Source: a virus. Taken from it: a stretch of DNA of 64,000 nt. The notes beneath the pieces were generated by a model that saw only the letters and a list, made by a program, of their open reading frames with translations, was not told where the DNA came from and ran no database searches. The stretch spans positions 1 through 64,000 of the IMG/VR virus record IMGVR_UViG_3300022602_000067. One strand, given 5' to 3'. A program made the translations under genes and the position numbers. Positions 56,801 through 64,000 of this stretch are shown piece by piece. The number at the start of each line of letters is the position of its first letter. Positions within the stretch are counted from its first letter, which is position 1.

Positions 56801-58920
56801 GCTAGAGCTGTAAAGGTAATCTGCTGTGTTGTAGCATTTGTGCTGATTGTTACAGTTTGTGTAGTGCTAGCACCGCCAGTGATATATGCGATTGGAATAC
56901 CTGCTGTACCTGAAGCAACAGCTGGACTTGCCGCGCGATATGCTGGAGCAATATGAACTACGTTATCGTTTACTACTTGGCTGATTTCATAAACTTGTCC
57001 ACGGATAATAACTTTATCACCAGCTTGCACTTGACGTGTAAACAGTGAGCCTGTACCGATAACGATAGTTGATCCTGTACATACGTTAGTTGTACCGCGC
57101 ATAACAGTAGTACCGTTACGACGTACAGCATTTAACAAAGTACCGTCAAATTCATAGAAGAAACCGTTCATGTCGTCAAATAATCCGCAACGAACTGAAC
57201 CACCTTTAGCATCTGCTGTTTCAACAGTAGCAATACCAATACCTGGGGTTTGATCAACGATTGTACCTGAATATTGAACAGCAAATGTTTTGCTGGTTAA
57301 GTTTACAATAGGACTAACCGAGAAAGTGTTGTTGTAGATCGATAGATCTGCTGCCACACTTGATGCGATATTACGTAGGTTAACGTAAGCGCCTGTTTTT
57401 AATCCATGGTCTTGATCAGTTGTAATATTCATTATACCAGCACTTGGGAATGAAATACCAACGATATCCATGTTTGGTTTGAATGTACTACTTGTTGAGT
57501 ACTGAATACCTTTACCAGCTTGGTAACGGAAATAACGACGTGTTTGACGCAGTGATTGAGCACCTGGAACAGCATTACCACCAAAAATACCAATGCCACC
57601 GTCAGCTGAACGTTGTATCTGATAACCTTCTGGACGAGCATAAACAACTGTGGTATTTTGTAGAGTACTTGAACCAGACTGGCTAGCTGAAATACCTGAA
57701 CCTGGTACTTGATATGTAAAGCTGTATGGTGAAGGAACAGAAGCAACGTACTGTGGGCCGTTACCTGCTGTTAATACCATGTTACCTACATAGACTGGAG
57801 CACCTGTTACCAAATTGTGATTACTATAAGTTGTTACAGTAACAATGTGACCTGTTGAGTCTGTTGAAATACCGCTGATTGGAATAATAGATCCTAGTCC
57901 ATAACCTGCCGCATAATAACCGCCTACAAATAAACTTGTAGAAGATTTCTGTAATTGGTTTTGACTAAATTGTTGGTTAACTTTAGGGAAGTAGCTGAAA
58001 GCACCTTGTGCTTGGTTGATATAAGCTACAACGAAAGTACCATCACAGTAGGGTTCGTTTTGTGTATCTTGTGCTAGCACTGGCTGACCAGCTGTTAAGT
58101 TAACACCGCTTGATGTTAAGTTACTAGATACTTGGAATGCCGCATAAGTTGGGTTTGCTGTTGTTCCGTTTACATTACCAAAGATGATCTGTTGAACAGT
58201 TTGGTTACCACTTAGACCGCCTGGCACACCGGTGACCGTAACGCTGGTTGTACTTGCGGCTGTAATAGCATAACGGAAACTTGAAAAGTTTGTTGTTGCA
58301 TTACCTGCATCAACGACATACACATATGAACCAATGAATGGAACTGATGGCAATGTCATACCGGTAATTGTACCTGAACCGCCTGAACAGTTAATAACTG
58401 CGGCAGCACCTGTAAGACTGAAACCTGCACCACCTAAGTAAGCTGCCAATACCGAGTTGCTGGTACTTGTATATACCGAAGCGTTCCAGTTTTGTGATTG
58501 GAAGAATTCCCACTTGGTTGGTTGGAATGAATATTCAAAGTCTGTATCAATCAAACTCTGAGGAGTTGTTGTACGTAGTTTGTTAGTTGGATCTAACTGA
58601 GTTTCTGCAGGAGTAAAACGCTCCTCATACTCGTCAATCATGATTTGTAGTTTGTCAGTTGCGCTGAATACGGCTGTATTGGTATTATACGCTAGAGTGA
58701 TAGTTGTTGTACCACCTGCTGATCCCCAGTATGTTTGTCCAGCTGTTGCTACATAACTGGTTGCAGTTAGTGTGCTATCTGAAAAGTTGTAAAGAACAAT
58801 GTTCTTTGTGACATCAGTAATCAGAATCAATCTTTCTCTAGGTATATATCGTGGAATTACGATAGTGGCAGTAGAAGGAGTGAATGTGTATGCTGTGTCG
58901 ACTAGTATTTTTCTTGCCAT
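53896..58920 (-). CDS. Very large virion structural protein (1674 aa)
   Basis: QSLIDTDFEY, RQTRRYFRYQAGKG, IDYSWYGAG blocks with many inserted beta modules. Confidence 0.75.
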   Translation of the reverse strand: MARKILVDTAYTFTPSTATIVIPRYIPRERLILITDVTKNIVLYNFSDSTLTATSYVATAGQTYWGSAGGTTTITLAYNTNTAVFSATDKLQIMIDEYEERFTPAETQLDPTNKLRTTTPQSLIDTDFEYSFQPTKWEFFQSQNWNASVYTSTSNSVLAAYLGGAGFSLTGAAAVINCSGGSGTITGMTLPSVPFIGSYVYVVDAGNATTNFSSFRYAITAASTTSVTVTGVPGGLSGNQTVQQIIFGNVNGTTANPTYAAFQVSSNLTSSGVNLTAGQPVLAQDTQNEPYCDGTFVVAYINQAQGAFSYFPKVNQQFSQNQLQKSSTSLFVGGYYAAGYGLGSIIPISGISTDSTGHIVTVTTYSNHNLVTGAPVYVGNMVLTAGNGPQYVASVPSPYSFTYQVPGSGISASQSGSSTLQNTTVVYARPEGYQIQRSADGGIGIFGGNAVPGAQSLRQTRRYFRYQAGKGIQYSTSSTFKPNMDIVGISFPSAGIMNITTDQDHGLKTGAYVNLRNIASSVAADLSIYNNTFSVSPIVNLTSKTFAVQYSGTIVDQTPGIGIATVETADAKGGSVRCGLFDDMNGFFYEFDGTLLNAVRRNGTTVMRGTTNVCTGSTIVIGTGSLFTRQVQAGDKVIIRGQVYEISQVVNDNVVHIAPAYRAASPAVASGTAGIPIAYITGGASTTQTVTISTNATTQQITFTALAGTGTAGTGGIGVAGAYQIAGTISRTWSTTLSASALANATSVTVTSTNSGAIVPGMLVICTAAGSTPSGTFVSSTYIPGSSATVIPLTQGMLSGVASGSTIDFFYSPASGMNVIAGTMAQGIVPNGTQVSSFTNTANSSGATITIQLYINQGLTATTTTTTLLIGTVPGYTAASLYTTTTNVIALNTTYGISPGMTITGTGVPGNAVVAGLAAAGTGVILNTGITTSVSNSTTLTFAPNLSLYAITIQTSSSSSASSTFLTMNNVNGIQIGSFVTTTANTNIPINTFVIGINTSTNVVQLYTPFTTTQGLTGSGISSGVNIVFGSRIFVTGATSTNANGMWPVTAITSTTLTYQTAATVSASTVISVYGTTKMFGEDVAVKKYHVRELRVPQYQFNLDSFDGTGPSGFNMDLTKIQMIYIDYSWYGAGFIRWGARTINGDIQYAHKVQHGNREYLAFQRSGNLPGRFEVVNTGARSPLTTQINATGYVMSASPTFGTINVYDASRFFIPSTQALNQSTHGEVNIDGEIFYYTGVAATTTQSTTGNPDAVTQNIAYPYGAQSTAAPWATGVNGLTAVATVGTVSVANGSVQSIAITSGGLGYTSSPPVTIAGGGGAGCIAKAIVVNGSVTSVVVTNGGYGYTSAPTVIIGANQLTGAFRESTAVSYINTGNAVSGTTLIGTNQITNVTAGYTSNIAIGMVIQGVTNFGYLNVRIIGFSGTTIYVDTLATSSGSMVINIVNRGISTASVHYNYNNSGNPLSNVWNTTIMLAPNVQHWGVSCIMDGRYDSDKSYVFTTPRSTAAVVQPNQTSPLISIRVSPSASNGFARNFGVRDIIMRMQANLYQMDVFNAGPFLVTVKYNCASTVFTPALWTANVVGSGSLSQVIYHNPSDIVTGGDIVVAFYANASGGTFFTDTSADLTVVKDLGNSVYGGDGVFPDGPDVITVFATNLSTQYANQIFSRISWTEAQA

Positions 58921-58946
58921 TTTGTTATTTCTCCAATTTTTTGGGC

Positions 58947-61496
58947 TTAGGTTCCTGTTGCTATATCTAATGCATTAAACGGATAAGTTGTGTATACTGG
59001 GTTAGTAACATTACCTATCATTACGGTTGCATTAATTACATCTCCGTATTGCGGTGGGCTCATAAAAACAATACTACCTGCGGTTACTGTGTAATCGCCA
59101 TAGCGTGTATATGTATTCCACACTGGTCCACTCTTATTTAGCCAAGGTTGTTGATATACACCATTTTTATACATCAAAACTTGGATTGGGTAATTTACGG
59201 TCACCGCATTTCCGTTGTTAGTTGGTGTAAACAGTGTATTACCACCGTTAATAGTGTTTGTACTGACTAAATTTGACCCTGCCAACGAAATATTATACGT
59301 TGATGGTCTGGTCCAACTGTCTAACTGTGTGATGTTTGGTAGGACTGCACTTAGGCTAGTCCATGTAGGCGCTGTAGCAGATCCGGTGCTGGCTAGCACT
59401 TGACCAGCTGTACCTGCTGTAGGTGCGCCAGTAATCGATCCTGCAACCGCTTGGTTTCCGTATTGTCCAACTAGAGCAAAAGAAACTGTGCTATTAGTTG
59501 CTACAGTAACTTGCCATGTGCCGTTATAAATTCCAGTTACTGCACCAAGAGCTTGTGTTCCTGCTATAGTGATATAAGTTCCTACTGCATAAGGTACAGT
59601 TGTCTGTACCACAGTGAATGTTGCTGGGCTTCCTGAACTTCCTACAGTTGCCGCTATATTCAACAAATATGTTCCTATACCACCATTGGTACCGCCTTGC
59701 TGGCTAATAATTATAGTACCAGCTGTAAGTCCAGCGGTATTTGAACTGATCTGATATCCCAGTGTGATTGGAATATTTGGAGCTGTTGTGACTGTCAATG
59801 TAACTTGTGTACCTGTCATAGATACAGGGCTAACTGATGAACCAACAGTAGCTGATGCACTTAGGGTATATGTACCTTGTCCGCCTAAACCACTACCATA
59901 TGAGCTAATGTATGTGCCGCTTGGTATTCCTGCTGTACCTGAAGTAATTACATAGCCAATACTTAAATTAGTTGTTGGATTTGAAGTTACTGTAAGGGTG
60001 CTACCAACTATGTAACCGTTAAATGTAGATGTAATTGAACTAGATACATATCCATTAAATGATGCGCTGTTAAATGTAACTGTGGCTACATAGCCAGTTG
60101 TTGTAATTGATTGAGTAGCATAAGTTGTTGTGCTGACCGACAATGGGCCATTAAGTGTAACTGCTCCTGCCGCCGCCGTAGTTACTTGAACTGCGTTAGT
60201 TGTTAATAATCCTTTACTGGTCAAACTAGCAACTAGTTGAGGACTATTAAATGTACCAGTGCTATCAGTCATTTTCCAACTGAACTGACCGTTGCTTGGA
60301 CTTGAACCGCTTGGTGCGCTGGTTACAACAAATGCTTGGCTACCAACTAGTGCTGATTGACTGTTTTGATACGAAAAGAAATCGATATTACCAACAGTGT
60401 CGCCTAGTTGTGCGTTTAGTGGTACAGTAGGAGTACCACGAGCACTCTTAAATGCTATGCTACTGTTAGCCGCTGTACCTGCTCCTAAATTCCACGATTG
60501 AAATTCTGCTGAATAACCGCTGGCATCAGTACTAACTGTGAATAAATTATTAGCAACAACACTACCTGTTGGCACTGTTAGACTTACTGAACCTGCGCTA
60601 CTGCCTCCGCCTTGCACAGGAGGATTTGCAACTACAGTAGATGCTGTTCCTGTTGCACCTACTAGTAATCCTACTAGTGTACCAACGCTAGTTAAACTTG
60701 AGCTAACTACTGCTGAATTAATTGTTGTACCAGTTAGTGTATTAGCTGCCGCAGTAATTGTGCTAGTACCACCTAATGTAAGTGTTGAGCCATTGACTGT
60801 TATTGTACTATTAGCCAACATTGAATTAGTAACACCGCCGCCTGCTAATACTGATTGTAGATTACTTAAGGTAGCATACTTGTTTGCGCCTGTTCCTTGA
60901 GCAATGTTATCTGTTGTAAGAACAATGTTTCCTGTCTGGCCGTTAACTTGGTTTACTGCTTGTGTAAATGTAAATACGCCGTGAGTTGGATCGTAAGTTA
61001 AAGCGCCGCTAGGACTTGAAACAACACTAAGACTGTTAAGAACTGTATTGCTGGTCAAATAACCAACGTCGTTAGTGAATGCACTTAGGACTGTTGGAGC
61101 TGTATAACTGAATACCCCAGTTGTGCTATTATAAGAAATACTACCTGTAGCACTTACTGAACTTCTTGCACGGGCTGTAGTAAAATATAAATTACTACCT
61201 TCAGTAATTGTACTTGTTGTTACACCAACAAAACTTACTGCGCTTACTGCTGTCTGTACGAAAGCAGTAGTAGCTATCTGTGTTGTATTAGTACCACTAG
61301 TTGCTGTAGGAGCTGTAGGAGTACCGGTGAACGCAGGACTAGTTAGCGGTGCCTGTGGCCATCCGCCAACAGTTGTACCATCATGTACAATCAGCGAATT
61401 TGTTGTTGTGTTTACAATTACTTCGCCAGCCGCTCCTGTGAAAGTACTATTGTCTGTTGTAGAACCTCTACGCAGTTGAAGTGTGGTTTTTGACAT
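58947..61496 (-). CDS. Tail fibre with Mtd/hyaluronidase-type N-terminus
   Basis: LQLRRGS....FTGAAGEV.V......HDG...GG; SPAFTGTPTAPT..TQIATTAFV; EGSNLYFT..RAR. Confidence 0.75.
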   Translation of the reverse strand: MSKTTLQLRRGSTTDNSTFTGAAGEVIVNTTTNSLIVHDGTTVGGWPQAPLTSPAFTGTPTAPTATSGTNTTQIATTAFVQTAVSAVSFVGVTTSTITEGSNLYFTTARARSSVSATGSISYNSTTGVFSYTAPTVLSAFTNDVGYLTSNTVLNSLSVVSSPSGALTYDPTHGVFTFTQAVNQVNGQTGNIVLTTDNIAQGTGANKYATLSNLQSVLAGGGVTNSMLANSTITVNGSTLTLGGTSTITAAANTLTGTTINSAVVSSSLTSVGTLVGLLVGATGTASTVVANPPVQGGGSSAGSVSLTVPTGSVVANNLFTVSTDASGYSAEFQSWNLGAGTAANSSIAFKSARGTPTVPLNAQLGDTVGNIDFFSYQNSQSALVGSQAFVVTSAPSGSSPSNGQFSWKMTDSTGTFNSPQLVASLTSKGLLTTNAVQVTTAAAGAVTLNGPLSVSTTTYATQSITTTGYVATVTFNSASFNGYVSSSITSTFNGYIVGSTLTVTSNPTTNLSIGYVITSGTAGIPSGTYISSYGSGLGGQGTYTLSASATVGSSVSPVSMTGTQVTLTVTTAPNIPITLGYQISSNTAGLTAGTIIISQQGGTNGGIGTYLLNIAATVGSSGSPATFTVVQTTVPYAVGTYITIAGTQALGAVTGIYNGTWQVTVATNSTVSFALVGQYGNQAVAGSITGAPTAGTAGQVLASTGSATAPTWTSLSAVLPNITQLDSWTRPSTYNISLAGSNLVSTNTINGGNTLFTPTNNGNAVTVNYPIQVLMYKNGVYQQPWLNKSGPVWNTYTRYGDYTVTAGSIVFMSPPQYGDVINATVMIGNVTNPVYTTYPFNALDIATGT

Positions 61497-61514
61497 TGTC
61501 TTTTCCTATTATTA

Positions 61515-64000
61515 TTAATCGCCGACTAAGCTGTGCATTGTATATCTTGGTAGTGTATAGTTATTGCTGGTACTAGTAATCTGTCTGAATCTCCACAACC
61601 AATTCAGTTGTCCTTGCACACTATTTGTACTTCCAATACTACTTGCACTACCTGGAGTTGTTCCGTCACCTCCGCAGAATAACACTTGTCCATCGTCCGT
61701 CATAAACGCCGATATGTCATTACCGCCCTGTAGTCCAAATCCCATGATAGCATTAATACGTGTATTACTTGGTGTACGTAACGGCCAATAATGATATTGT
61801 CCGCCTGTTTCAGGATCTTGTGTAGGATCATTAACAGCTACAGCTATCGATTTACCTGCATAACCTAAGCTCAAACTACCATAGTTATTATAACCTTGTC
61901 CCCAGACACGACCATTTTCGTCCAGCATAACTATAGTGAAATAGCCCTGATTTCCTGAACCTATGTAGCCTGCTTCATTGTTTGTGATGGCTACAACGTT
62001 TCTTGGGCCGCGAATTAATGTCCACGGGCCAGTTACACCAGTTCCGCCTGTCGTGTAAGCATTAGTCTGACTGCTGATAGTATTATAGGTATTATCTCCC
62101 ATACCGTATGTTAATCCTGTATCTTTTTCACGAATAAACACATTATTAGAATATGTATCACCACCGATTATCCAGAAGTTATCAACCTGTTTAATATTAT
62201 AATTGGTAGTCATATATTTGGTGAATCTATTAACTACCTGTCCTTGAGTGCTTGTCTGGCTACCAGCTGGAGTATAGAATGGTTCTGTTGGGCTTTGTCC
62301 GATAGGAAATACACCTGCTCCAAATAAGCTACCATCATTAGTTAAGATCATTACAAATCTCTGTAACGGTGTATTAGGCGTAGTTTGACTATGAGCAAAA
62401 CTCATTTTCTTGATACCACCGTATTTTCTAAAGTCAAATGGTACACGAGTAGGTAGCAAACGTTGGTTACCATATGTTAAACCATACTGACCGCCCATAC
62501 CAAGTTCGCCTGAATAATCAGTGCCCCATCCCCATAACTCGCCGTCTTCGTCTAGTGCCAGGCATGATCCATAGTCACCACCAAAGCATATAAAATCGAC
62601 TATTTTCTTATTGTCAAAATAAGATGCTGGAATACGTATCGGTGAAGTCTGGCTTACACCCGACGTACCGGTACTGTTAGGATTCGTTGTTGCGTTAGTA
62701 CTACCTAGACCTAATTGACTGTAAATGTTGTTGCCCCAAGCCCACATACTGCCATCATTACCAATAGCAAACCACGAAGGATCAATAGAACCACTACCCG
62801 GATACTGCATACCAACTGTGGTAGCATCTACCTTTATAATTTTAGTTTGGTTAAAACTACGTGGCCATGTTTCGCCTATCCAGCCAGTAGTACCTAAGTT
62901 TGTTACACGAGTTGTACAGTTATATTGGCTAGTGCTTCCGTTTCCTGCCATTCCGTTACTGTTGTTATATCCCGAATAATAAACTTCTCCGTTGTTAAAC
63001 ACCCAGCAACTCGAATTGTATGTGCGTACCCACTGGATGCATCTTGGACTTAGTCCGTCTGGAGTAGGTAACCAGGCATTGGCTAATACACCTAAACCAA
63101 GACCTGTTTGGTTATCAGTTGAACGTAACCAATCTACAAATGTAAAACTACTAGCTTGCCAACTTGCTACCCAATCTCTAACGCCACGCCCAGCAGTATT
63201 AAGGCTAGTCGCAGGTCCTGGGGAATAATTAAATCCACAACTGTAAGGAACACCATCTGCTCCGATGTATTGTACACTATTACCGTCTGATATTGTTGGA
63301 TTTGGATAATCACCATTATTACGTGTCCAACCTAGAGGTTGGTGATTTGGAAATACCGCACCGTACAAACGACGTGAATCTCTGTTAGGGTTTGTAAATA
63401 TGCGAACCCAATATGTAGGATCTTCGGGATGTGTGTTACGCACAGGAGCAAAGTTAATATTAACTGTTGGAGCTGTCTGATAACCTATTCCTGGGTTTGT
63501 TATAACAATGTTAACCACTGAGCCGTTGGCCACTGTAGCATAACCAGACGCACCAAAACTACCACGCATGCTATCAAATCCAAATGTTATTAGTGGAGCT
63601 TGGCTATAACCAATACCACCATTAGTAACTGTAACTGATACAATACTACCTTGACCGTTTATTGTAGCAGTAGCAGTTGCTCCAGAACCCGGAGTACCGG
63701 TATACATAAACAAATCGCCGCCGTAACGCACAACATCGCCATATGTATATACTTTGTGAGGACCCCAACCGCGCTTGAATTGATTACCACGAACAATTAG
63801 ACGCCAGTATTGAGTTTCCAGATCAGGACGCTTGTCTGCAAAATAAATTTCAGGTGTACCTGTAAAATAACTTTGTGTATCTACCTGTTTGTCCATGGCG
63901 ATTTTCCACTCGTCTGGAATGTTTTGTAAACAGACATAAGCGGCGTTATTGTATTGAACAATATCATTCTTAAGATACAATGTGCTTGATTGCCACTGAC
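61515..64000 (-). CDS. RCC1/BLIP-II beta-propeller virion protein with N-terminal CBM-like repeats (5' end beyond window)
   Basis: GEVYYSGYN, GSMWAWGNNIYSQLGLG, GELWGWG, GRVWGQGYNNYGSL; Y..(N/G)D(I/V)V.Y repeats; frame open to the window edge. Confidence 0.8.
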   Translation of the reverse strand, partial: QWQSSTLYLKNDIVQYNNAAYVCLQNIPDEWKIAMDKQVDTQSYFTGTPEIYFADKRPDLETQYWRLIVRGNQFKRGWGPHKVYTYGDVVRYGGDLFMYTGTPGSGATATATINGQGSIVSVTVTNGGIGYSQAPLITFGFDSMRGSFGASGYATVANGSVVNIVITNPGIGYQTAPTVNINFAPVRNTHPEDPTYWVRIFTNPNRDSRRLYGAVFPNHQPLGWTRNNGDYPNPTISDGNSVQYIGADGVPYSCGFNYSPGPATSLNTAGRGVRDWVASWQASSFTFVDWLRSTDNQTGLGLGVLANAWLPTPDGLSPRCIQWVRTYNSSCWVFNNGEVYYSGYNNSNGMAGNGSTSQYNCTTRVTNLGTTGWIGETWPRSFNQTKIIKVDATTVGMQYPGSGSIDPSWFAIGNDGSMWAWGNNIYSQLGLGSTNATTNPNSTGTSGVSQTSPIRIPASYFDNKKIVDFICFGGDYGSCLALDEDGELWGWGTDYSGELGMGGQYGLTYGNQRLLPTRVPFDFRKYGGIKKMSFAHSQTTPNTPLQRFVMILTNDGSLFGAGVFPIGQSPTEPFYTPAGSQTSTQGQVVNRFTKYMTTNYNIKQVDNFWIIGGDTYSNNVFIREKDTGLTYGMGDNTYNTISSQTNAYTTGGTGVTGPWTLIRGPRNVVAITNNEAGYIGSGNQGYFTIVMLDENGRVWGQGYNNYGSLSLGYAGKSIAVAVNDPTQDPETGGQYHYWPLRTPSNTRINAIMGFGLQGGNDISAFMTDDGQVLFCGGDGTTPGSASSIGSTNSVQGQLNWLWRFRQITSTSNNYTLPRYTMHSLVGD

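Noticed and set aside
58947-61496. Diversity-generating retroelement suggested by the Mtd-like N-terminus
   Set aside because: No reverse transcriptase or TR/VR pair seen in the window; this N-terminal domain is common in fibres
1-64000. Stop-codon reassignment as in some huge phages
   Set aside because: Core genes are full length in the standard code; TAG and TGA end genes at sensible boundaries

Overview
A 64-kb segment of a large lytic myovirus genome, distantly T4-like (jumbo/huge-phage type), read in the standard genetic code. All calls come from motif reading only, with no database searches. 1-3.4 kb: a + strand early region where most small genes have their own near-consensus sigma70 promoter and a shared GGAGCG Shine-Dalgarno (SD) leader. 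It ends in an AAA ATPase followed by a structured 3' RNA element and a terminator. 3.4-6.9 kb: strand-switch region with repeated A/T-tract motifs, putative internal head proteins and a GH19 hydrolase. 7.4-11.4 kb: fibre-like genes. 11.9-26.2 kb: replication/recombination module (gp41 helicase, carbamoyltransferase, primase, a 190-aa mini-DnaE, gp62-like subunit, 2OG-Fe(II) oxygenase, UvsW, UvsY, UvsX, gp32). 26.3-64 kb: morphogenesis genes (TerL/TerS, gp4, tube, sheath, neck gp13/gp14, gp15, many fibre/adhesin proteins) plus dNMP kinase, HNH and NUDIX genes. Top observation: two tandem hairpins at 3258-3337 each display the loop AUUCGCUCC, complementary to the GGAGCGAA SD of the early genes, while many late and replication genes look leaderless. 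Together these suggest a candidate RNA-based early-gene translational shut-off system.
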